From Candidatus Pelagibacterales bacterium (lineage in GTDB: Bacteria > Pseudomonadota > Alphaproteobacteria > Pelagibacterales > AG-422-B15), in assembly GCA_028412835.1 (NCBI GenBank), contig JAONQW010000004.1, positions 18,231 through 82,230 of the forward strand: DNA of 64,000 nucleotides, written 5' to 3'. The position numbers and the translations under genes were made by a program. Below are positions 35,555 to 42,796 of this stretch, in pieces. Position 1 is the stretch's first letter; each line of letters begins with the position of its first letter. The notes under the pieces are model-generated. The model was not told the DNA's origin. It was given only the letters and a program-made list of their open reading frames with translations, and did not search any database.

Positions 35555-36823
35555 ATGAATATCTTAGTTTTAGGAAATGGTGCAAGAGAACATGCTTTAT
35601 GTTTTTCTATAGCTAAAAGTGCCCAATTGTCTAAGTTATTTTGCGCACCTGGAAATTATGGAATATCCAAAATAGCTGAGGTACATAATTTTGATATTAA
35701 TGATTTTGATACTTTATATGATTTTTGCTTAGCTAATAAAATAGATTTAGTTGTAGTTGGTCCTGAAGTCCCTCTTGTTAATGGAGTTGTAGATTTTCTT
35801 AGTGACAAAAAAATCATGGCATTTGGTCCTAAAAAGATTCCAGCAGGTCTTGAGGGTTCAAAAATATTTATGAAAGATATTTGTTCAAAGTATAATATAC
35901 CCACCGCTGCATATAAAAGCTTTACAGAAAAAAAATTAGCTTGTGATTACCTTAAAAGTCATACATTTCCAGCGGTAATAAAAGCTAGTGGATTAGCAGC
36001 TGGTAAAGGCGTAACTATTGCAACTTCACTTAATGACGGACTTTTAGCGATTAATGATATTTTTAATGATAAATTTGGATCAGGTTGTGAGTTGGTTATA
36101 GAAGAATTTATGGATGGAGAAGAAGCAAGTTATTTTGTATTTACCGACGGTACTAATTATATCCCCCTATCTAGTGCACAAGATCATAAAAGAATTGGTG
36201 ATGGAGATACGGGGCCAAATACAGGGGGCATGGGGGCATACTCGCCTGCACCTATTTTTACTAAGGAGATACAAAAACAGGTTGATCAAGAAATGATTGA
36301 GCCAACTTTAAAAGCTATGCGAGATCTTGGATCTCCATACCAAGGTATTTTGTATGCAGGAGTAATGATAAAAAATAATAAAGCAAAGCTAGTTGAATAT
36401 AATGTTCGTTTTGGGGATCCAGAATGTCAAGTCCTTATGCTCAGACTTAAGTCGGATATTATTGATCTTATACTAGGTACTATTCATGGTAATATTAGCT
36501 CTATAAGGACTAATTGGGCAAATAACCATGCTGCAACAGTTGTTATGGCTAGTTTAGGTTATCCAAATGAATATAAAAAAGACACTAAAATTAAAAACCT
36601 AGAGTTGGCAGGAAATGAAAATGACATTGAAATATTTCACGCTGGTACTGAATTAAAAGATACAGAATTATGTGCCGTAGGAGGAAGAGTTCTATCAATT
36701 ACTGGAACTGGGAATGACTTACAAACTGCTTTAAATAAGATATATACTGCAATAGATAAAATTGATTGGCCAGAAAGTACTTTCAGAAAAGATATAGGAT
36801 GGAGAGCGATAAATAATGGATAG
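35555..36823 (+). CDS. purD: Phosphoribosylamine-glycine ligase
   Basis: GAREHAL, GLAAGKGV, QDHKR, NTGGMGAY, RFGDPE. Confidence 0.98.
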   Translation: MNILVLGNGAREHALCFSIAKSAQLSKLFCAPGNYGISKIAEVHNFDINDFDTLYDFCLANKIDLVVVGPEVPLVNGVVDFLSDKKIMAFGPKKIPAGLEGSKIFMKDICSKYNIPTAAYKSFTEKKLACDYLKSHTFPAVIKASGLAAGKGVTIATSLNDGLLAINDIFNDKFGSGCELVIEEFMDGEEASYFVFTDGTNYIPLSSAQDHKRIGDGDTGPNTGGMGAYSPAPIFTKEIQKQVDQEMIEPTLKAMRDLGSPYQGILYAGVMIKNNKAKLVEYNVRFGDPECQVLMLRLKSDIIDLILGTIHGNISSIRTNWANNHAATVVMASLGYPNEYKKDTKIKNLELAGNENDIEIFHAGTELKDTELCAVGGRVLSITGTGNDLQTALNKIYTAIDKIDWPESTFRKDIGWRAINNG

Positions 36824-37877
36824 AGCCTCTCAATTTAGTGGCACTAAAGAAGTTGATCAAAAACTTTTATTAGACCATGGTCCAATCGAAAAATATTTAA
36901 AAAATTTATTAGGAAATGATACGACTCTTCTAGACATTAAACAATTTAAAGGAGGGCAGTCAAATCCTACATATCTACTTCAAACAAATGTAAGGAACTT
37001 TGTACTAAGGAGAAAACCTCCTGGAAAACTTCTTGCATCTGCACATGCAGTTGATCGCGAATATAAAATTATATCAGCCTTGAATAAGACAGATGTTCCA
37101 GTTCCTAAAACTTATGATCTTTGTGAAGATATTAATGTTGCAGGTACACCATTCTTTTTAATGGACCACGTTGATGGAAATATATTCTGGGACTTACTAT
37201 TAACTAAATGTAGTGCAGAAGAAAGAAATAAAATTTATTGGTCTATGAATGATACAATTGCAAAATTACATAATACTGATTTTAAAAGTATAGGTCTTGG
37301 TGACTATGGTAAATATGAAAATTATATGGCAAGACAAATAACTAGATGGTCAAAACAATACAAAGATTCAGAAACTATTATAATTCCTGAAATGGACAAT
37401 CTAATTCAATGGCTCCCAGAAAATATTCCTTCTGGTGAGGATACATCAATTGTTCATGGTGACTTTAGACTAGACAATATGGTTTTTGATAAAAATACTA
37501 ATGAAGTAATAGCTATATTAGATTGGGAACTATCTACATTAGGTCACCCAATAGCTGATTTTACCTATCATATGATGACTTGGAAAATGCCGTTAGCGGT
37601 TCAAGGAATTGGAATACTTGGAGCTAACTTGAAAGAATTGAATATTCCAAATGAAGATGAGTATGCCGACGCTTATTATAGAAAAACAAATAGAAATGAA
37701 ATTCAAGATTGGGATTTTTTCTTAGCCTATAATATGTTTAGATTAGCAGGAATTACTCAAGGAATTGCGGGTCGAGTTAGAGATGGTACTGCATCAAGTG
37801 ATCAAGCTAAACAGTACGGAGCATTTGTACCTATTCTTGCAAAAATGGCATGGCAAACAGTACAAGCAATCAAGTAG
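36816..37877 (+). CDS. Aminoglycoside phosphotransferase-like kinase (ACAD10/11 N-terminal-like)
   Basis: GGQSNPTY, LRRKPPG, AHAVDRE, HGDFRLDN, LDWELSTLG. Confidence 0.9.
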   Translation: MDRASQFSGTKEVDQKLLLDHGPIEKYLKNLLGNDTTLLDIKQFKGGQSNPTYLLQTNVRNFVLRRKPPGKLLASAHAVDREYKIISALNKTDVPVPKTYDLCEDINVAGTPFFLMDHVDGNIFWDLLLTKCSAEERNKIYWSMNDTIAKLHNTDFKSIGLGDYGKYENYMARQITRWSKQYKDSETIIIPEMDNLIQWLPENIPSGEDTSIVHGDFRLDNMVFDKNTNEVIAILDWELSTLGHPIADFTYHMMTWKMPLAVQGIGILGANLKELNIPNEDEYADAYYRKTNRNEIQDWDFFLAYNMFRLAGITQGIAGRVRDGTASSDQAKQYGAFVPILAKMAWQTVQAIK

Positions 37878-37883
37878 CTCTTA

Positions 37884-38045
37884 TTATTTATCTTTAATCT
37901 TAGACTTTCTTTCATTTTTTTGGCGTATAGACTCTTTCATTGAAAGATTTTCTATCTTATGAAATTCATCCCAATATTCATCGAAAGATTTATTTTCTAT
38001 CAATCGTCCATAAGAATCTTTTACTGTCTTTTTTTTATCATTCAT
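37884..38045 (-). CDS. Small 53-aa protein, weakly XseB-like
   Basis: MNDKKKTVKDSYGRLIENKSFDEYWDEFHKIENLSMKESIRQKNERKSKIKDK; starts 3 nt after the deacetylase stop and fills the intergenic gap. Below the ORF-track cutoff. Confidence 0.6.
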   Translation of the reverse strand: MNDKKKTVKDSYGRLIENKSFDEYWDEFHKIENLSMKESIRQKNERKSKIKDK

Positions 38046-38048
38046 AAT

Positions 38049-38978
38049 CTAAGTCTGTAAAATTTTTATATGAGTTAATATTGATTGTTCTAAAGCATTT
38101 ATATCATAACCACCTTCAAGCATTGATAGTAACCTACCCTCACAGTAATTGTTAGCAATCATTTTTAATTGATCTGTTATATAAGAAAAATCATTTTCAA
38201 CTAAATTAATATTAGCTAATGGGTCTGCTGAATGAGCATCAAAACCAGCAGAAATAATCATAAAATCTGGTTTTTGTATTTTTAATTGATTTATTATTTT
38301 TTCTTGAAACAATTTTTTATAAATATCTGATGAAGTTCCTGAAACAAGTGGAACATTAAATATATTGCCTAGTCCAGTTTCATTTAAATCACCAGTTCCT
38401 GGATAAAGCGGGAATTGATGTGTTGAGTAATAGCTTACATTTTTATTATTATAAAATATATCTTGAGTGCCATTGCCATGGTGTACATCAAAATCAATAA
38501 TTGCTATATTTGAAAAACTATATTTATTTATTAAATAATGAGCTGCTACGGCAACATTATTAAACACACAAAAACCCATAGATTTATCAATGCAAGCATG
38601 ATGTCCAGGGGGGCGAACAATGCAGAATGCATTTTTACAGCTACCGTCTAAAATTGATTCTATTGCATCTATACCTGCTCCTGCAGCTCTTAATGTTGCA
38701 TCTTTTGATCCTTGCGAAACTGGTGTTTCCTGGTCTAGATATACAATTTCATCATTTTCTGGAAATTTATAAAGAGTTTCATTTACAAAATTTTTATCGT
38801 GCGCCGCATATATAAGCTCTTTTTTTATTTTATTTGGTTCAACGAATGAGATATTAGCAAAGTTTTCCTCTTTAATAAGATTGATTATATTTGCTACTCT
38901 TCTAGAGCACTCAGGATTATTTAAAGTTGGAATATGATTCTCAAAGTCCGTATGATAAAATATTTTAGTAATTGCCAT
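38049..38978 (-). CDS. Histone deacetylase family amidohydrolase
   Basis: RPPGHHA, GFCVFNN, DFDVHHGNGTQ, SAGFDAH, LEGGY. Confidence 0.95.
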   Translation of the reverse strand: MAITKIFYHTDFENHIPTLNNPECSRRVANIINLIKEENFANISFVEPNKIKKELIYAAHDKNFVNETLYKFPENDEIVYLDQETPVSQGSKDATLRAAGAGIDAIESILDGSCKNAFCIVRPPGHHACIDKSMGFCVFNNVAVAAHYLINKYSFSNIAIIDFDVHHGNGTQDIFYNNKNVSYYSTHQFPLYPGTGDLNETGLGNIFNVPLVSGTSSDIYKKLFQEKIINQLKIQKPDFMIISAGFDAHSADPLANINLVENDFSYITDQLKMIANNYCEGRLLSMLEGGYDINALEQSILTHIKILQT

Positions 38979-38982
38979 AAAT

Positions 38983-39615
38983 ATGATTCATAAAATTATC
39001 AAATATTCAAAAAATAGTATTAGATTACTAAAACAAAGTCTAGAAAATGGAAATATAATCGCTGTTCCTACTGATACAGTTTATGGCTTGATTGCAGATG
39101 CTTATAATGAAAAAGCTGTTAACAAAATTTTTAGAGCTAAGTTAAGACCAAAAAAACTTCCATTAATTATATTTGTATCATCAATTAAAGAGGCTAAAAA
39201 AATTGGTCATTTTTCTAAATATGATGAATTATTAGCTAATGCATTTTGGCCAGGTGATTTAACTCTAATAGTAAAGAAAAAGAATAATAAAGTATTTTAT
39301 GGGCATAAATCGTCTACTACAGTTGGTATTAGAATTCCTAATCATAAAGCTTTATTAAATTTATTGGTTGAAACAAATAAACCATTTGCAAGTACTAGTG
39401 CTAACTCGCATAAGGGAAAAACACCAAGAAATATCGATGAATTAGATATTATTTCAAATAAAGAAATAGCTTACGCACTAATTAGCAATCATAAAATAAC
39501 AGGCACTGAATCGACTATAGTTTCTATGATTAATGATAAAATTAATATTCTTCGGCCAGGTCGGATTAGTAAACCTATGATTGAAGCTCAAATTAAGAAT
39601 CTACAAAGGCATTAA
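38983..39615 (+). CDS. tsaC: L-threonylcarbamoyladenylate synthase (Sua5/YrdC/TsaC)
   Basis: PTDTVYGL, KLRP, FWPG, IRIP, STSAN, ESTIV, LRPG. Confidence 0.92.
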   Translation: MIHKIIKYSKNSIRLLKQSLENGNIIAVPTDTVYGLIADAYNEKAVNKIFRAKLRPKKLPLIIFVSSIKEAKKIGHFSKYDELLANAFWPGDLTLIVKKKNNKVFYGHKSSTTVGIRIPNHKALLNLLVETNKPFASTSANSHKGKTPRNIDELDIISNKEIAYALISNHKITGTESTIVSMINDKINILRPGRISKPMIEAQIKNLQRH

Positions 39616-40192
39616 AAGAAAAGCTTCTTCTTTCACCGTCACCTCTAAATGGATGTACATCATGCATCAAGAAAGATGGAAATATAAATAAGTTCCCTAC
39701 TTTTGGTTTAAACGTTTGTCTGTGTTGAACTAATGGTGGGCTATTTCTTGGCATTGATACTCTTCCATCCATAAATGAAATATGTCCAGCTAGTTTTTTT
39801 TCCCTTCCACTTATAATTGTTTGTGGAATTTTTAAGTAGCCTACTCCACTAATATTACCTCTATGAATATGTGGTGGATTAAAATCTCCAGCATATTGAC
39901 AGACAATCCAAGCTGAATCTATTTTGATTTTTTTTACTTTTACCCCGAGCACCCCTAAATAATATTTTTTTATTGAAAAGATAATTTCTTTTTCTAAAAT
40001 TTTCTTAAAATTTGATCTTGTAATAATAAATTGCTGTTCGACATTACCTATAAGTTTGCTTGAATGGTCTAGTTTTTTACTTTTTAATTTACTAGCCATA
40101 ACTTTATCACAGTAATCATTTACATTACCTATTATAGTTTTTTTTAGCTCAACTTTACCTATTGATGGTCCAAATGGTTTAAATAATTTCAT
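39593..40192 (-). CDS. Putative 2OG-Fe(II) oxygenase-like cupin (HxH type)
   Basis: W...FNPPHIH...ISGVGYL...FIFPSFLMHDVHPF...RRSFSFN; AAGGA RBS directly after the tRNA 3' fragment. Confidence 0.75.
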   Translation of the reverse strand: MKLFKPFGPSIGKVELKKTIIGNVNDYCDKVMASKLKSKKLDHSSKLIGNVEQQFIITRSNFKKILEKEIIFSIKKYYLGVLGVKVKKIKIDSAWIVCQYAGDFNPPHIHRGNISGVGYLKIPQTIISGREKKLAGHISFMDGRVSMPRNSPPLVQHRQTFKPKVGNLFIFPSFLMHDVHPFRGDGERRSFSFNAFVDS

Positions 40193-40205
40193 ATATTTTT
40201 CCTTA

Positions 40206-40255
40206 TGGTGCGCCCGGCAAGACTCGAACTTGCAACCCTCAGATTCGAAATCTGA
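40206..40255 (-). repeat. 50-bp duplication of the tRNA-Arg 3' part (distal att site)
   Basis: Exact direct repeat of 41577-41626 (TGGTGCGCCCGG...CAGATTCGAAATCTGA); lacks the D-arm and the 5' acceptor strand. Confidence 0.97.
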
Positions 40256-40328
40256 CGGTATATCTTGAGATATTCTGAACTCATTGTTTTACAACACTTT
40301 TATTACTCTTGATTTGAGTGTTTGTAAA

Positions 40329-40350
40329 CCACACTCCTTTCCACACTCCT
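40329..40350 (+). repeat. Tandem CCACACTCCT pair (candidate integrase arm-type sites)
   Basis: Copies at 40329-40338 and 40341-40350. Confidence 0.85.
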
Positions 40351-40513
40351 AAATGTTCTTATTTTAAACATCTCTCTTTTAATTGGATTTCATACTTCAC
40401 TAATTAATACATTGAAACCATTAAATTTTAAACCAGATAACTCCAATTAGTGGACGTATTCATCTCGTAAAGATAGTGTCGAAGAACTATTAGAGAAATA
40501 GGTTAGTGGTAAT

Positions 40514-41458
40514 TTAAAATTTACCTATAATTTCTTCTAACCAAATTCGTATACTTACTAAAGTATCAATATCTATAATCATCATATAATCTAAACCTAT
40601 ATATATTAGATCTGAATTCAGACCAATCATTTCTTCTAATGTATTGAACTTATCTAAAAAATAAAAATTAAATTCTTCAATAAAAATTAGTGCATATATT
40701 AATAGTGCAAAAGAAGGTAAAAATAGATATCTGCTAAAAAAATTTCCAATTCTTTCAGAAGTTAAAGAAAAAATTGCATTCCAACCATCAAATCCTGGAA
40801 TGGGTAGTAAATTAAATATAAACATAGTTAACTGAATAAATGCAGCAACGTGTAACAACGTGGCAAAGTCATTGCTATAATTTAGACTGCTAGAATTTAT
40901 TAAAAACATTATAAAGTATAAAAATATTGCTTGAGAGAAGACACCAGAAACATTTACAATAAACTTATATAAACGATATTTTATAAGGTCAGTTCGAAGA
41001 TAAACTGCAGCACCTGGAAGGAAAACTCCAGTAAATAAAACTAAAATTCCTGGAAAAATAAAACTAGTTGGACCGTAAAAATATTTCAAAATATTTAGTC
41101 TTAAATATCCCTTATCTAAAATAGTGTAATCACCAAATATATACGCAAAAAAAGCATGAAAAAATTCATGTAATGCTAGAGATCCCAGAAAAAAACTAAA
41201 TAAAAAAATAAAACCTGTAATACCTTTTAATTCATTATAATTTTCAAAAGCATAGGCACTAGTTCCAATTACCAATACATAAATAAATGCATTTAAAAGA
41301 AAATAGAAGAATTCTTTTATTAAAATAGTTTTAGGAACAACTTCTCCTATCTCAGCATCACAATTTGCACAATAAAGAACCAACTGTTCTTCTCTAGACA
41401 ATTCACTGCAGTCATTCTCAGACTTACAGTTAGGACAAATTATATTTGCACTCATCAT
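40514..41458 (-). CDS. Site-2 protease (M50) family membrane metalloprotease with N-terminal Zn-ribbon
   Basis: CPNC...CANC, HEFFH (HExxH), NLLPIPGFDG, multiple TM helices. Confidence 0.88.
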   Translation of the reverse strand: MMSANIICPNCKSENDCSELSREEQLVLYCANCDAEIGEVVPKTILIKEFFYFLLNAFIYVLVIGTSAYAFENYNELKGITGFIFLFSFFLGSLALHEFFHAFFAYIFGDYTILDKGYLRLNILKYFYGPTSFIFPGILVLFTGVFLPGAAVYLRTDLIKYRLYKFIVNVSGVFSQAIFLYFIMFLINSSSLNYSNDFATLLHVAAFIQLTMFIFNLLPIPGFDGWNAIFSLTSERIGNFFSRYLFLPSFALLIYALIFIEEFNFYFLDKFNTLEEMIGLNSDLIYIGLDYMMIIDIDTLVSIRIWLEEIIGKF

Positions 41459-41498
41459 TCAAATTTAACAGATTTAATATCTTCGCGCTAATATAAAA

Positions 41499-41519
41499 CC
41501 ACACTCCTACCACACTCCT
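41499..41519 (+). repeat. Tandem CCACACTCCT pair (candidate integrase arm-type sites)
   Basis: Copies at 41499-41508 and 41510-41519, same orientation as the left pair. Confidence 0.85.
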
Positions 41520-41576
41520 GTTTGATATTATTTTTTGATTTTATTTTGAAAATATTTATTGTGTAGCAACGAAAGT

Positions 41577-41653
41577 TGGTGCGCCCGGCAAGACTCGAAC
41601 TTGCAACCCTCAGATTCGAAATCTGATGCTCTATCCAGTTGAGCCACGGGCGC
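41577..41653 (-). tRNA. tRNA-Arg(UCG)
   Basis: Folds as GCGCCCG-TG-GCTC AACTGGATA GAGC-A-TCAGA TTTCGAA TCTGA-GGGTT-GCAAG TTCGAGT CTTGC-CGGGCGC-A-CCA; 77 nt, anticodon TCG, encoded CCA. Confidence 0.96.
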
Positions 41654-41697
41654 TTATTGTATATAATCTAAACTATATAATATAGTTTTTACTTAAT

Positions 41698-42114
41698 ATG
41701 AATTTTTTATATTTATTAGATAAATTAGGAAGAAAAAGAATAGTTATGGATCGAGGAGCATCTCATCCTGAGTTTCACTTAGCTAAGCCATGGACTATTA
41801 GATACTACCCTTTGTTTAGAAAAAGACCTAAATGGTTTCCATTCAATATTATCATTAATCATATTATTGATGATGATCATGGAAAAGGTACCCACAATCA
41901 TCCATTCCCTTTTATTACAATTATTATTAGTGGTGGTTATTGGGAAACACTTAATGGCGTTAAAGAGAGAAAATGGAGGCGGCCAGGTTATATTGGATTT
42001 AGATCTGCAGATCAACTTCATAGAGTTGATTTAGAGCCTGGTATTAAAGCACTAACAATATTTATTGCAGGTCCTTATGGTTTTAGAAAAAGTGAACGAA
42101 GTGGCTACGGATGA
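41698..42114 (+). CDS. Hypothetical cupin-like protein
   Basis: HNHPFPFITIIISGGYWE...LHRV is a cupin-type HxH...E...H metal site; I associate this pattern with small phage-like proteins. Confidence 0.7.
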   Translation: MNFLYLLDKLGRKRIVMDRGASHPEFHLAKPWTIRYYPLFRKRPKWFPFNIIINHIIDDDHGKGTHNHPFPFITIIISGGYWETLNGVKERKWRRPGYIGFRSADQLHRVDLEPGIKALTIFIAGPYGFRKSERSGYG

Positions 42115-42368
42115 GCATTGGAATACTCTTTTTTTATATAGTTTCTAAATTTTCTATCATTTTTTATCTGGTGTTCTCTCTTTAATGCCTCAGATTTAGA
42201 ATCACATTCTTCATAGTAAATCAGCTCCCATTGACGACCCTTTGTACTCTTAGCTCCCTTATTAGAGTTATGTTTAATTAACCTTTCATCAATATTATTT
42301 GTCCAACCAACATAAGTTGTAAGTTTATCCTCTTTAAAGCTTCCAATAATATAAACAAAACAGGACAT
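42105..42368 (-). CDS. GIY-YIG nuclease family protein (UPF0213/YhbQ-like)
   Basis: FVYII...YVGWTNN..ERL..HN..GAKST...ALKREHQIK. Confidence 0.92.
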   Translation of the reverse strand: MSCFVYIIGSFKEDKLTTYVGWTNNIDERLIKHNSNKGAKSTKGRQWELIYYEECDSKSEALKREHQIKNDRKFRNYIKKEYSNAHP

Positions 42369-42426
42369 TTAAAGCTATCTTAAATTGATATTAATCTTAT
42401 TAATTCATATTTATAGTAATACTATA

Positions 42427-42507
42427 ATGAAAACAATGTTATCAATAATACTAATATGTTTATTAATATCCAGCTGCATGGATATACCTTTAGTTCCAGG
42501 AATTTAA
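42427..42507 (+). CDS. Tiny lipoprotein precursor A (26 aa)
   Basis: MKTMLSIILICLLISS-CMDIPLVPGI; basic N-terminus, hydrophobic core, lipobox ISSC at Cys17; C-terminus matches the next ORF. Absent from the ORF track. Confidence 0.8.
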   Translation: MKTMLSIILICLLISSCMDIPLVPGI

Positions 42508-42578
42508 AGAATAAATTAATTGTATTACATATTAAAGTACCTATAGTAATAAAAATTAATTTTATTTGGAGATCAAAA

Positions 42579-42695
42579 ATGAGAGTTACACTTACAGTTC
42601 TAGCTATCAGTTTTATGATTACAGCTTGTACAACATTGCAAGGTATTAATGAAACTGTAAAAGGCGACGGCGTTCCATACATACCTGGAATATAA
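42579..42695 (+). CDS. Tiny lipoprotein precursor B (38 aa)
   Basis: MRVTLTVLAISFMITA-CTTLQGINETVKGDGVPYIPGI; GGAGA RBS at 42568-42572, lipobox ITAC at Cys17, followed by a terminator. Confidence 0.85.
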   Translation: MRVTLTVLAISFMITACTTLQGINETVKGDGVPYIPGI

Positions 42696-42700
42696 TCTTA

Positions 42701-42738
42701 AAAAACTGACTTTATGCTTAAATATAAAGTCAGTTTTT
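42701..42738. terminator. Intrinsic terminator after the lipopeptide genes
   Basis: Perfect 15-bp inverted repeat AAAAACTGACTTTAT / ATAAAGTCAGTTTTT with an 8-nt loop and T-tail. Confidence 0.85.
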
Positions 42739-42796
42739 GTAATTTTTTGATATTTTTATTCAATTTATAAATTAATTATTCATAGTACAATACATT

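Larger units (their letters stand above)
40206..41626. mobile_element. Integrase-less mini integrative element at tRNA-Arg (1371-bp unit)
   Basis: Flanked by 50-bp direct repeats, internal paired 10-mer repeats at both ends, one cargo gene, no recombinase ORF. Confidence 0.85.

Noticed and set aside
40206..40255. Second tRNA gene
   Set aside because: Only the 3' 50 nt are present; there is no D-arm or 5' acceptor strand. It is an att duplication.
40351..40513. Possible integrase remnant inside the mini-element
   Set aside because: All frames examined are short and stop-interrupted, with no convincing R-H-R-Y box. A tBLASTn/HMM search would be needed to exclude a decayed fragment.
40329..41519. 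CCACACTCCT repeats as a CRISPR array or IS ends
   Set aside because: Only 10 bp, no spacers, no cas or transposase genes, and direct rather than inverted orientation.
42105..42368. GIY-YIG protein as a homing endonuclease or mobility gene of the cassette
   Set aside because: It is the short stand-alone housekeeping-type family and lies outside the att repeats.
42422..42695. ORF-track 86-aa minus ORF and 79-aa plus ORF
   Set aside because: Better explained by two short lipoprotein genes with lipoboxes, an RBS and a terminator.
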